DNA of 63,923 bases, filler included. It is 8 parts of 8 records of this genome, joined end to end, with 100 filler letters (N's around TTAATTAATTAA, not from the genome) between each part and the next. Parts side by side here need not be neighbours in the genome. Positions count along the whole stretch, not along the records: positions 1 to 6,275 come from SRR31156797_22635; positions 6,376 to 14,142 come from SRR31156797_22647; 6 more parts are not named here. One strand, written 5' to 3'. Below the pieces are notes generated by a model. It saw nothing but the letters and a program-made list of their open reading frames with translations. It was not told the DNA's origin and searched no databases. A program made the position numbers and the translations under genes. Positions 1 to 9,647 of the stretch are shown one piece after another (within the stretch, counting starts at the first letter, position 1; every line of letters starts with the position of its first letter).

Positions 1-177
1 CTGCACAGCTCGGGCCGGAAGTTCAATCTGCCCTGGCAGCGCATCGTGGCCGCCGACGGCTCCATATCCCTACCCGGAGAGATGGGGGATCTGCAGAGGG
101 CCCTGCTCGCGTCAGAGGGGGTGGCCTTTACCCCTAAGGGGAAGGTAGACCTGAAGGCCCATCTCTGGAACCCTTAA
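1..177 (+). CDS. Alkyltransferase-like (ATL/MGMT family) protein, 3' fragment
   Basis: Manual frame-1 translation LHSSGRKFNLPWQRIVAADGSISLPGEMGDLQRALLASEGVAF...LWNP*. PWQRIV matches the ATL PWHRV motif, with Trp replacing the catalytic Cys of MGMT PCHR. QRALLASEGV is a typical ATL C-terminus. Not in the ORF track. Confidence 0.8.
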   Translation: MHSSGRKFNLPWQRIVAADGSISLPGEMGDLQRALLASEGVAFTPKGKVDLKAHLWNP

Positions 178-261
178 CATCGTTTTTCCCGTCACCGGCA
201 CTGTCAGGGCTCCCCTGCCCCTTAGACAGCAGCCCCCTCATCTGATATCCTTCTCCATACT

Positions 262-1557
262 ATGAGCACAGTAACATTACAGGGGAAGAGCTCCCCCGGC
301 GACTCACCCCTGCCCCTGGGGGGAGAGCTATTCATCCCCGCATCCAAATCCCATACCATCAGGGCCCTGCTGATCGGCTCCCTGTCCGACGGAAGCAGCC
401 GTATCCGCCGCCCTCTCAAGTCGGCGGACACCCTGAGCTGCCTGGAGGCCTGCCGGGCCCTGGGTGCCGAAATCGAAGACAGGGAGGACGGCTGGGAGAT
501 CACAAAGCCCATCCCCTGTGATACGGATGACGAGGTCTTCATCGACGTGGGAAACTCGGGGACCTCCCTCTATCTGCTGACGGCCATAGCCGCCGCTTTG
601 GGGCGGAAGGTCAGCTTCGACGGGGATGAACAGATCCGCCGCCGCTCGGCGTCCAACCTGCTGAACGCCCTGCGGGACCTGGGCGCCCGGGTGGAATCCG
701 CTCCCGGAGGCTGTGCGCCCTATTGGGTGAAGGGCCCTCTCAAAGGGGGAGAAACCAGCATCGAATGTCCCACCAGCCAGTACCTCTCGGCCCTGCTGAT
801 GGCGGCGCCCCTCCTCCCGTCAAGGGATGAGGAGGCCCTTATCAGGGTCCCCCTTCTTATGGAACAGCCCTATGCGGAGATGACCCTCCGCTGGATGAAG
901 GAGAGAGGGATATCCTGGGAGCAGGAGAAGATGAAGGAGTTCAGAATCAAAGGGGGGCAGAGCTATACCCCCTTCGACGCTCCCATAGCCGCCGACTTCT
1001 CCTCGGCCACCTTTTTCTTCTGCGCCGCCGCCCTTACGGGCTCCCGGCTACTGCTCAAGGGGCTGGACATGGAGGACAGCCAGGGAGACAAGGCCGTCCT
1101 TTCCTATCTGGAGGCCATGGGCTGTAGGGTCCGCCATCTCCCCGAGGGGATCGAGCTGGACGGTTCGACCGGACTCCGGGGCGCGTTGCTGGACCTGAAC
1201 GACACCCCTGACGCCCTGCCGGCCATGGCCGTCACGGCCTGCTTCGCAGAGGGAGAAACGCGGATAGTGAACGTTCCCCAGGCCAGGATGAAGGAGACCG
1301 ACCGCATCGCCGTTATGACGGCGGAGCTCACGAAGATGGGAGCCCGGATAGAGGAGAGGCCCGACGGCATGATCATCCGGGGAGGGCCTTTGACGGGATG
1401 CGCGGTAAAGGGACACGGCGACCATCGTGTGGTGATGTCCCTTGCCCTGGCGTCCCTGGGCGCCGCGGGCGCGACCGAGATCGACACGGCCGAGGCGGTG
1501 GATATCACCTATCCCGGCTTTTTTGAGCAACTGGACGAGCTGAAGCGAAAGGCCTGA
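262..1557 (+). CDS. aroA: 3-phosphoshikimate 1-carboxyvinyltransferase (EPSP synthase)
   Basis: Motifs PASKSHTIRA, GNSGT, SQYLSALL, KETDRI, GDHR. Confidence 0.95.
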   Translation: MSTVTLQGKSSPGDSPLPLGGELFIPASKSHTIRALLIGSLSDGSSRIRRPLKSADTLSCLEACRALGAEIEDREDGWEITKPIPCDTDDEVFIDVGNSGTSLYLLTAIAAALGRKVSFDGDEQIRRRSASNLLNALRDLGARVESAPGGCAPYWVKGPLKGGETSIECPTSQYLSALLMAAPLLPSRDEEALIRVPLLMEQPYAEMTLRWMKERGISWEQEKMKEFRIKGGQSYTPFDAPIAADFSSATFFFCAAALTGSRLLLKGLDMEDSQGDKAVLSYLEAMGCRVRHLPEGIELDGSTGLRGALLDLNDTPDALPAMAVTACFAEGETRIVNVPQARMKETDRIAVMTAELTKMGARIEERPDGMIIRGGPLTGCAVKGHGDHRVVMSLALASLGAAGATEIDTAEAVDITYPGFFEQLDELKRKA

Positions 1558-1573
1558 TTCTGGGCAGGGAGGG

Positions 1574-2605
1574 ATGAATATGAGATACATCGAACTGAGA
1601 AGCGACACCTTTACGCGCCCCGATGAGGGAATGCGGAAGGCCATGTACGAAGCGGAACTGGGAGACGACGTCTATGGAGAGGATCCCACAGTCAACGCCC
1701 TGCAGGAGAGGATGGCCGAGCTCTGCGGCGCGGAAGCGTCCCTCTTCGTCCCCTCGGGAACCATGGGCAACCTGATCCCCGTCACCATCCTGGGAGGCCG
1801 GGGGAAGGAGGTGATCCTGCATGAGAACGCCCATATCCTCCACCATGAGGTGGGTGGGATCGCCGCGGTAGGGGGCTCCGTCCCCATCGCCTGCCCCGGA
1901 GAGCGGGGCATCATGAGCCCCGCCGATATAAAGAGCCGTATCAAAGAAATCGACTACGATATCGCCCACACCAGCCTGATCGCCATCGAGAACAGCCACA
2001 ACTTCGAGGGCGGAAGTTGCTGGAAAAAGGACGAACTCGCGGCGCTGAGGGATTTCGCGACGTCCAGGGAAATACCCGTGCATATGGACGGAGCCCGCTG
2101 CTTCAATGCCTCCGTGGCCACGGGGATGGGTCTGAAGGAGATCTTCTCATACTGCGGCTCGGCCAACCTCTGCCTCTCAAAGGGACTGGGCGCTCCCGTG
2201 GGATCCATGATCGTGGGAACGAGGACACTGATAGAGGAGTCCCGGCGATGGAGGAAGATTCTGGGAGGGGGCATGCGACAGGCGGGGGTAATCGCGGCAG
2301 CCGGATTATACGCCCTGGAACATAATATCGAGCGCCTTGCGGATGACCATAAACATGCCCGCGTCCTGGCGGAAGCCCTGGCGGAATGCCCCTGGGCCGA
2401 GGTGGAGCCGGATGCGGTGGAGACGAATATCATCTTTATAAAGACCCCCGGCAGGGATGCCAAAGAGATCGAACTGAGGCTGGATGCCGAGGGCGTCAGG
2501 GTGATCGCCACGGCGGGGGACGAGATCCGTCTGGTCACGAGTCTTGAGGTCGGAAAAGAGGAAATCCAGGTCGCCTGCGCCGTATTCCGGAATCTCCTTG
2601 CCTAG
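1574..2605 (+). CDS. ltaE: Low-specificity L-threonine aldolase
   Basis: LRSDT, GDDVYGEDPTV, SGTMGN, HMDGAR, PLP lysine in CLSKGLGAP, GGGMRQAG. Confidence 0.93.
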   Translation: MNMRYIELRSDTFTRPDEGMRKAMYEAELGDDVYGEDPTVNALQERMAELCGAEASLFVPSGTMGNLIPVTILGGRGKEVILHENAHILHHEVGGIAAVGGSVPIACPGERGIMSPADIKSRIKEIDYDIAHTSLIAIENSHNFEGGSCWKKDELAALRDFATSREIPVHMDGARCFNASVATGMGLKEIFSYCGSANLCLSKGLGAPVGSMIVGTRTLIEESRRWRKILGGGMRQAGVIAAAGLYALEHNIERLADDHKHARVLAEALAECPWAEVEPDAVETNIIFIKTPGRDAKEIELRLDAEGVRVIATAGDEIRLVTSLEVGKEEIQVACAVFRNLLA

Positions 2606-2607
2606 GC

Positions 2608-3903
2608 CTAGCGGCTCTCCAGATAGCCCAGATAGTCGGTTCGGGTGACGATGCCTAAAAGCTGCTTGTCCCGGGCCACGGGGATATGCCCCACGTTCCA
2701 CCTCAGAAAGAAGCCCTCCAGCTCCTTGATGCTGGCCCCGGGGCCGCAGCTGTGTACCTTATGGGTCATATAGCTGCGGACGGGAGCCTTCATCTGCTCC
2801 GCTCTACGGGCCTTACTGATATCCCTGAGGGTCATGAAGCCGATCAGTTCGTCCGTATTGTTCAACACCGGAGCCCCCGTATGCCCGATCTCCTCAAGGT
2901 AGACTGAGGCGTCCAGAACGGACCAGCCGTCCCTGATAACATCCACCTTCCTCGTCATCAGAGTCTCCGCCGATACGGCGGGGCTCAGGGAGTGACTCAG
3001 TTCGGTCAGAAAGGCGTCGTAGACCTCCACGCCGAACTCACCCTTGATCTGAGCGGACGCGGCGCGGATATGGCCTCCCCCGCCCCAGCGGGATAGAATC
3101 TTGCTGACGTTGATAGTCTCCTTCTGACTCCGGGCGATGATCAGGGTCTTCTTCGCCTTTTCCAGGCCGAAAACACAGAAAAGGGCCTCGGCGTTCTCCA
3201 CATCGAAAACCCTCTCGGCGATCTGGGCCAGCCCCCCTACCTGTTCCTTCATCTCGTAGTAGCAAAGGACGATGGAGTGGCCGTGGATGCGCCTGTAGAC
3301 CAGGCGGTTCAGCACCTGATGGAAGAGGCTGATCTCGTAGTCCTGCTTCAGGGGCTTGAGGAACTGGCTGACCAGCTTCATGCTGGCGCCCTGTTCCATC
3401 AGCCAGGTGGAGGCCCTGAAATCTCCGTCGCAGACATTCTCATGGGTGAAATTCCCCGTATCCGCGAAGATCCCGGTCAAAGCGATGGTGGCGTCCTCGC
3501 TCTTCAGCGCCACCCCCCTCTCCATCAGCATCAGAGCCAGCATGGTCGTATTGGAGCCGTAGTTGCCGCTGATGACCTCGGCGCCTTCGAGGTCGCCGCT
3601 GTCGTTGATATGGTGATCGTAGATCCTTACGGTCCCCTTGAATTCGGGCATCAGCTCCAGATACTCGCGGATGCGTCCCTTGGAGCGGGTGTCGAATACG
3701 ATCATCTCATCGACCTCCATCTCCCGCAATTCCTTGGAGGGAGTGAAGTCCATATGCTTCTTGTAGAGGTTGTAGAGAGACTTGGCCACCGGATGGATCA
3801 GCCGGCTTCTGATACAGACCGCATCAGGGTAGAGGTAGCGTCCCAGTACGAGAGATCCCATGCAGTCCAGATCCATATTGCTATGCCCTACCAGTATCTT
3901 CAT
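2608..3903 (-). CDS. DHH/DHHA1 phosphoesterase-family protein with C-terminal CBS pair
   Basis: GHSNMDLD, FDT, YDHH, ADTGNF and GGGGH motifs, followed by two CBS domains ending GIVTRTD. Confidence 0.85.
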   Translation of the reverse strand: MKILVGHSNMDLDCMGSLVLGRYLYPDAVCIRSRLIHPVAKSLYNLYKKHMDFTPSKELREMEVDEMIVFDTRSKGRIREYLELMPEFKGTVRIYDHHINDSGDLEGAEVISGNYGSNTTMLALMLMERGVALKSEDATIALTGIFADTGNFTHENVCDGDFRASTWLMEQGASMKLVSQFLKPLKQDYEISLFHQVLNRLVYRRIHGHSIVLCYYEMKEQVGGLAQIAERVFDVENAEALFCVFGLEKAKKTLIIARSQKETINVSKILSRWGGGGHIRAASAQIKGEFGVEVYDAFLTELSHSLSPAVSAETLMTRKVDVIRDGWSVLDASVYLEEIGHTGAPVLNNTDELIGFMTLRDISKARRAEQMKAPVRSYMTHKVHSCGPGASIKELEGFFLRWNVGHIPVARDKQLLGIVTRTDYLGYLESR

Positions 3904-3965
3904 AGGGGCAGGTCGTTCCGGAAGATGCTCATATCTCTATTATTTTCCATGAACCCGCAATAGTC

Positions 3966-3998
3966 AAAAAAAAACATCCCCCTGCCGGAGGATGTTTT
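3966..3998 (-). terminator. Intrinsic terminator downstream of htpG
   Basis: aaaacatcc/ggatgtttt stem with an A-run on the + strand (U-tail on the - strand). Confidence 0.6.
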
Positions 3999-4020
3999 CC
4001 CGTTACACAGGCGAAAGGGC

Positions 4021-5898
4021 TTAGAAGGCCTTCTCCATCACCCGGTTCAGCCTCTGGGCGAAGGCATGGGGATCCTTGAGGGCGGCGCCCTCGGCCAGGA
4101 TGGCCTGATCCAGAAGCAGACGGCTCACGTCCTCGGTCAGGCTGTCGTCGCTCGCGTCCTGCAGCTGCTTTACGATGGCATGATCGGGATTCACCTCCAG
4201 GATGGGCTTGATCTCGGGCATGTCTGTCTGGCCCATGGCCTTGAGCATCTGCTGCATCTGGGCGGTAGGATCGTTCTCGTCGGCGACGATACAGCTGGGG
4301 GACTCATGGAGGCGGCTGGAAGCCACGACGTCCTTGACCTCTTCTCCCAGGATATCCTTGATCTTCTTCAGAAGGGGCTCGACGGTTTTTTCCTTCTCCT
4401 TGTCCTCTTCGGTCTTGAGGTCCTCGGAGGCGCCGGACTTGTTGACCGCCTTCATCTCCTTCTCCTTGTAGGGGCCCATCATGGGAGCGACGATCTCATC
4501 GATCTCGTCGTCCATGATCAGGACCTCGATGCCCTTCTTCTTATAGGCTTCCAGGAGGGGCGAGTTTCTCAGGGTCGTCTCATTGTCGCCGGTGATGTAA
4601 TAGATGGCCTTCTGGTCGTCGGTCATCCTGTCCATATAGGAGGCCAGGCTGGTCCATCCCTCTACGGAGGTGGATTTGAAGCGGATCAGCTCCATCAGGG
4701 CTTCCTTGTTGGCGTAGTCGGAGTAAACCCCCTCCTTCAGGGGACGGTTGTACTGCTCGATGAATTCCTTGTACTCCTCATCCTTCTCGGAGAGCTTCCT
4801 GATCTCGCCGAGGATCTTCTTCACTGAGGCGTTCTTGATGCTGGAGAGGATCTTGTTCTTCTGCAGGATCTCCCGGCTCACGTTCAGGGGCAGGTCCTCC
4901 GAGTCTATCACACCGCGGACGAAGCGCAGGTAAGTGGGCAGAAGCTCCTTGTCGTCGTCGGTGATAAACACGCGGCGGACATAAAGCTTCACGCCGGGCT
5001 TGTAATCGGCCTGGTACATGTCGAAGGGGGCCTTCTTGGGAATGAAGAAGAGGGTCGTGTACTCCAGGGTTCCCTCGGCCCTGGTGTGGATGCGATGCAT
5101 GGGGTCTTCCATGTCGTTTCCGGAGATGGACTTATAGAACTCGTTGTACTCCTCGTCCTTAACCTCCCGGGAAGATCTCTTCCAGAGGGCGGAGGCGGAG
5201 TTGATCTGCTCGACCTTGTCCTCCTTGATCTCCGTACGGTCGTCCCCCTCGCCCTCATATCTGCTGGACTCGTAGTGGAGGAAGATGGGGAAGGCGATAT
5301 GGTTGGAGTACTTTTTAATGATCTGCTCCAGATCCCAGCGGTTGGCGTACTCTTTGCCCTGATCGTTCAGATGGAGAACGACGGAGGTTCCCGTCCCCTC
5401 GGGACGCTCGGCGGGATCCAGGCTGAAGCCTTCCCGGCCGTCGCTGCTCCACTTCCAGGCGCTTTCCTCACCGGCCTTCCGGGTGATCACGTCGACCTTG
5501 TCGGCCACCATGAAGATAGAGTAGAAACCGACTCCGAACTGTCCGATCAGATTGGAGTCCTTCCTGGCGTCTCCGGAAAGCTGGCTGAGGAAGTTCTTTG
5601 TTCCCGAGCGGGCGATGGTTCCCAGAGAATCCACCAGATCCTGCTCGTTCATACCGATACCGTTGTCCCGGATGGTCAGGGTCTTCTTGTCGTTCTTGTC
5701 GATGACGATATCGATCCGGGGATCGAATTCCAGGCTTTTGAAGGACTCATCCGTCAGGGTCAGATACTTCAGCTTATCCAGGGCATCGGAAGAGTTGGAA
5801 ATCAGCTCTCTGAGGAAGATCTCGCTGTGGGAGTATAGGGAGTGAATCAGCAGATCCAGGAGCTGGTTCACTTCGGTTTTGAATTTTCTTTTGGACAC
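4021..5898 (-). CDS. htpG: Molecular chaperone HtpG (Hsp90)
   Basis: FLRELISNSSDA, DNGIGM, GTIARSGT, IGQFGVGFYS, LPLNVSREILQ; GTG start with an upstream AGGAGAG RBS. Confidence 0.97.
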   Translation of the reverse strand: MSKRKFKTEVNQLLDLLIHSLYSHSEIFLRELISNSSDALDKLKYLTLTDESFKSLEFDPRIDIVIDKNDKKTLTIRDNGIGMNEQDLVDSLGTIARSGTKNFLSQLSGDARKDSNLIGQFGVGFYSIFMVADKVDVITRKAGEESAWKWSSDGREGFSLDPAERPEGTGTSVVLHLNDQGKEYANRWDLEQIIKKYSNHIAFPIFLHYESSRYEGEGDDRTEIKEDKVEQINSASALWKRSSREVKDEEYNEFYKSISGNDMEDPMHRIHTRAEGTLEYTTLFFIPKKAPFDMYQADYKPGVKLYVRRVFITDDDKELLPTYLRFVRGVIDSEDLPLNVSREILQKNKILSSIKNASVKKILGEIRKLSEKDEEYKEFIEQYNRPLKEGVYSDYANKEALMELIRFKSTSVEGWTSLASYMDRMTDDQKAIYYITGDNETTLRNSPLLEAYKKKGIEVLIMDDEIDEIVAPMMGPYKEKEMKAVNKSGASEDLKTEEDKEKEKTVEPLLKKIKDILGEEVKDVVASSRLHESPSCIVADENDPTAQMQQMLKAMGQTDMPEIKPILEVNPDHAIVKQLQDASDDSLTEDVSRLLLDQAILAEGAALKDPHAFAQRLNRVMEKAF

Positions 5899-6275
5899 GT
5901 TCAGGTCTCTCCTTGAAAATAAATGATCAGACGGGAAGTCCTCTTAAAAAACAGCTGAGGCTTCTCCGCTGTATAAAATAATCATTTTCAGCCTTACAGG
6001 CAACAAAAGGAATTCCCTTTGTTTAAAATAGGGTCGCGACTCAAAAAAATCCCGAGCCGATCAGGCGATTTCGAAATATAATGGAGATTTTCCCAAGTTT
6101 AACAAGAAACTAATCCAAAAATAGAGTATCATTAAAGGTGAATCACTTTCATTCCTGCGGGGAAGGTTGTCTGCCATTCAGGAGAGGGACGAACAATTTG
6201 GGGCAATTGTTTATCACCTTGTTATCCATCATCATCGGGCAGAAGATCTTCCCCTCTTGATTTATAATCCCCCGG

Positions 6276-6375
6276 NNNNNNNNNNNNNNNNNNNNNNNNN
6301 NNNNNNNNNNNNNNNNNNNTTAATTAATTAANNNNNNNNNNNNNNNNNNNNNNNNNNNNNNNNNNNNNNNNNNNN
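6276..6375. other. Artificial contig-joining spacer
   Basis: N-run with TTAATTAATTAA (stops in all six frames). Confidence 0.98.
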
Positions 6376-6803
6376 TGATGATCGATGTGGATCACTTCAA
6401 GGCATTTAACGATACCTACGGCCATCAGGAGGGCGATATAGCCCTGAGGAAGACCGCGCAGATCATCAGCGGCATCGTCCGTCGGGAGAGCGATGCGGTC
6501 TGCCGCTACGGCGGAGAGGAATTCACGGTTCTGCTGTACGACACCGATCCGACGGAGGCGGCGAGGATGACGGATCTCCTGCTGGAGAGGATCCGCGAGG
6601 CGGGCATCCCCCATGAGAGTTCCTCGGTCGCCGACGTGCTGACCCTGTCCGTCGGGATCGCCGGTTTCGTTCCTGAAACAGAGCAGCCGCCGGAGGCCCT
6701 GATCGAGGCGGCCGACGATGCCCTTTACGAAGCTAAAAACAGGGGCCGCAACCGGAGCGTAGTGTCCGGATTCGCCCGGAATGAGGATTCTTATGAAAGA
6801 TAA
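6376..6803 (+). CDS. Diguanylate cyclase (GGDEF domain), 3' fragment
   Basis: IDVDHFKAFNDTYGHQEGD, RESD I-site, RYGGEEF, ADDALYEAKNRGRN. Confidence 0.93.
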
Positions 6804-9072
6804 TGTGGAGCTGATCTGTACCATAGGGGAACTGTCCGAACTCTTCCGGGAGAAAAGCGACGTCCGGGGATTTCTGAAAGGTGTCGTCACCACCGTGTCC
6901 GCCCATATGAAGGCGGACGTCTGCTCCATCTACCTCTACGATGACTATCTGGATCGCCTGATTCTGGAAGCCACGGACGGGCTTAATCCCTCCCTGGTGG
7001 GCAAGCTGATCATGGGTACCCACGAGGGGCTGGTCGGCCTCGCCCTCAAGGAGCTGCGGCCCATCCTGGAAAAGAAGGGGCAGGACCACCCCCGGTTCAA
7101 GCCGGTTCCGGGATCGGGGGAGGAGAGGTTCCAGGCCTTTATGGCCGTTCCCATTCTGCAGGGATTGTCGCGCATAGGGGTGCTCGTCCTTCAGCATCAC
7201 AAGCATGATTTCTTCAACCGCAACGATATGATGGCCCTCAAGGCCATCGCCTCCCAGCTGGCCGCCACACTGGAGAACGCCAAGCTCCTGATGGGGGTGA
7301 ACCAGGAGCCGTCTGAGGAGAGGCGGGCCGAGAACCCTGCCGCCGCCCTCATCCGCGGGCAGGGCGTCGTGGACGGCATCGGGATAGGGCGGGCCTATGT
7401 CATCAATCCCGAGCGCTTCGACTCTTTTCTGGGAGAGGATTGTCCCAGGGAAGCGCGGAGCGCGGGGCTGGAGGAGTTCCGTCAGGCCCTGACCAGGACG
7501 GAGGAGCAGCTCCAGGCCCTGGAGGCGGAGATGGATGAACGGCTGTCCGATGTGGGCTCTCTCATCTTCAGCACCCACCTTCTGATGCTGAGGGACAGCA
7601 GCTTTGTGGGAAAGATAGAAGAGGGGATCCGGGAGGGACTCTCCGCCTGGGACGCCGTCACCGAAAGGGTGGAACATTTCCTTAAGATCTTTTCCAGGAG
7701 CGATAATGCCAGGCTGAGAGAGAAGGTTCAGGATCTGCAGGACCTGGGGCACAGGCTTCTCCGGAACCTGACGGGAGAGGATCAGGATACGGGGGATTAC
7801 TCGGGCCAGATCGTGGTGGCCAGAGAGCTTCTGCCTTCCGAACTGGTCAAGATCACGGCCCAGCATGTGGAGGGGCTCGTGCTTTACAGCCAGGGGGCCT
7901 CCGCCCATATCTCCATCCTGGCCAAGTCCCTGGGCGTGCCCCTGCTCTACACCGACGACAAGGCGCTTTTCTCACTGAGATCGGGAACCATGCTTATCCT
8001 GGACTCCCTTCAGGGAACCCTTGTGAGCCATCCGGGGGCCGATGCGATCGAGCAGTTCGGCAGGCTGAAGGATGACAGGGCCGCGAGCCGTGATCATGAA
8101 GAGATGATGGAGAGCGAGACCAGGACCCTGGACGGTGAGAGGATTCACCTGCGGGCGACGGTGAACCTTATAAGCGATATCAAAACGGCTGTACGCCTCA
8201 AGGCCGAAGGGATAGGCCTCTATCGCAGCGAATTCCCCTTTCTGATCCGGAGCGGCTTTCCCGGCGAGGAAGAGCAGTATCTGGTATATAAGAAGATCTT
8301 CGACGGCATGGATTCGGATGTCATAACCCTGAGGACCCTTGACATAGGGGGCGACAAGATCCTCTCCTATCTGCCCGATTCGGAGGAAGAGAATCCCTTT
8401 CTGGGGCTCCGGGCCCTGCGTTTCCTATTACAGAACAAGAAGATCTTCGTGGGGCAGCTCAAGGCCATGCTCCGCGCGGGGCAGGGACGGCGCTTCCGCA
8501 TCATGTTTCCCCTGGTCTCGTCGCTGGATGATTTCAGAGAGGCCCGGCGGATGGTGGACAAGAGCGTCGAGTTTCTGAAACGGGACGGATTCGAATGCGG
8601 CAGCATGCCCGAACTGGGGGTCATGATCGAGCTGCCCTCGGCCGTGATTATGGCCCGGGAGCTCGCCAGGGAGGCGGATTTCATCTCCGTGGGGTCCAAT
8701 GATCTGGTTCAGTATCTGCTGGGTGTGGACAGGACCAATGAGAAGGTCTCGGGCTTCTACGAAGCCTGTCATCCTGCCGTATTGAGGACCATCGCCTCCA
8801 TCCGGGAGGCCGCCGCCCGGGAAAACTGTCCCCTGAGCATTTGCGGGAACATGGCTTTCGATCCCGAGATGGTTTATTTTCTGGTGGGAACGGGGATCAG
8901 GAACCTGTCCATGCCCCCCGTGCAGATCCCCCGGATTCAGTCATTCATAAAAAAGATGGATATGACACGTGCCCGGGAGGACAGCAGCCGTCTGCTCGGG
9001 ATGGATAATCTGGAGGATATCCACGCCTACCTGAAGAGTGTTGTAAAGGGGATTCAGTCCTTAGTGATGTAG
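6793..9072 (+). CDS. ptsP: Phosphoenolpyruvate-protein phosphotransferase with N-terminal GAF domain (EI-Ntr type)
   Basis: N-terminal GAF (DVCSIYL, EGLVG), phospho-His in ASAHISIL, GLYRSEF, RTLDIGGDK, EENPFLG, GSNDL, active Cys in ICG. The second ATG (6793) follows a GAGGA RBS. Confidence 0.92.
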   Translation: MKDNVELICTIGELSELFREKSDVRGFLKGVVTTVSAHMKADVCSIYLYDDYLDRLILEATDGLNPSLVGKLIMGTHEGLVGLALKELRPILEKKGQDHPRFKPVPGSGEERFQAFMAVPILQGLSRIGVLVLQHHKHDFFNRNDMMALKAIASQLAATLENAKLLMGVNQEPSEERRAENPAAALIRGQGVVDGIGIGRAYVINPERFDSFLGEDCPREARSAGLEEFRQALTRTEEQLQALEAEMDERLSDVGSLIFSTHLLMLRDSSFVGKIEEGIREGLSAWDAVTERVEHFLKIFSRSDNARLREKVQDLQDLGHRLLRNLTGEDQDTGDYSGQIVVARELLPSELVKITAQHVEGLVLYSQGASAHISILAKSLGVPLLYTDDKALFSLRSGTMLILDSLQGTLVSHPGADAIEQFGRLKDDRAASRDHEEMMESETRTLDGERIHLRATVNLISDIKTAVRLKAEGIGLYRSEFPFLIRSGFPGEEEQYLVYKKIFDGMDSDVITLRTLDIGGDKILSYLPDSEEENPFLGLRALRFLLQNKKIFVGQLKAMLRAGQGRRFRIMFPLVSSLDDFREARRMVDKSVEFLKRDGFECGSMPELGVMIELPSAVIMARELAREADFISVGSNDLVQYLLGVDRTNEKVSGFYEACHPAVLRTIASIREAAARENCPLSICGNMAFDPEMVYFLVGTGIRNLSMPPVQIPRIQSFIKKMDMTRAREDSSRLLGMDNLEDIHAYLKSVVKGIQSLVM

Positions 9073-9473
9073 TTGTCCAGAATATCCTGGATGCTCTGTC
9101 CCGACAGATGTTCGCGGATGTACTTCTCCGTGTCGTTCCAGAAACTGGATATGGCGCAGTCGGCTGAGCGGCCGCAGTTTCCTTCTTCGCCGCCCGTGCA
9201 GGGCGCCAGGATAACCCCCTCCTCGACAGCCTCCAGGATATCCAGCACGCTGATCTCTTCCAGAGGCCTGGAGATGCGGAAACCTCCGGATGCCCCGCGT
9301 ACGGATTCGGCGATTCCCGCCTTCTTGAGCTTGGTGAATATCTGTTCCAGGAAGATGGGGGAAAGGTCTTCGCTGTTGGATATGGATTTTATGGAAATCG
9401 GCTTATTTTCTTCGTTGACGGCCATGTTGATAATGGCTCTTATAGCATAACGGCCTTTTGTTGTAATACGCAT
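9054..9473 (-). CDS. Rrf2-family (IscR/CymR-like) transcriptional regulator
   Basis: MRITTKGRYA, FLEQIFTKLKKAG, SVRGASGG; three C-terminal Cys (CTGGEEGNCGRSADC). Confidence 0.92.
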   Translation of the reverse strand: MRITTKGRYAIRAIINMAVNEENKPISIKSISNSEDLSPIFLEQIFTKLKKAGIAESVRGASGGFRISRPLEEISVLDILEAVEEGVILAPCTGGEEGNCGRSADCAISSFWNDTEKYIREHLSGQSIQDILDNYITKD

Positions 9474-9598
9474 ATGCACATCATATCTCTATTGACCGGC
9501 CCCGGCAAGTGATACATTACCCAATGACCAGCCTTTGGGCTTAAAAAAAATAAAAAGTACCAAAATTAGCAGGAGATTCATATATGAGGATGGGGCTG

Positions 9599-9621
9599 TG
9601 TTTTTAATATGATTTAAAACA
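9599..9621. promoter_or_regulatory. Imperfect AT-rich palindrome, candidate operator between rrf2 and the uroD-like gene
   Basis: tgtttttaatatgatttaaaaca, 27 nt upstream of the GTG start. Confidence 0.35.
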
Positions 9622-9647
9622 TCGTAAATGATCGGAGGACGGCATAC

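Noticed and set aside
5899-6275. CIRCE element upstream of htpG, and a short minus-strand open frame at the contig end
   Set aside because: No TTAGCACTC-N9-GAGTGCTAA. The near-palindrome at 6002-6023 and the ~41-codon frame have no supporting motif.
9480-9647. Possible cobalamin riboswitch upstream of the uroD-like/cobW operon
   Set aside because: No GGGAA / GCCCCCGC / B12-box signature is recognisable.
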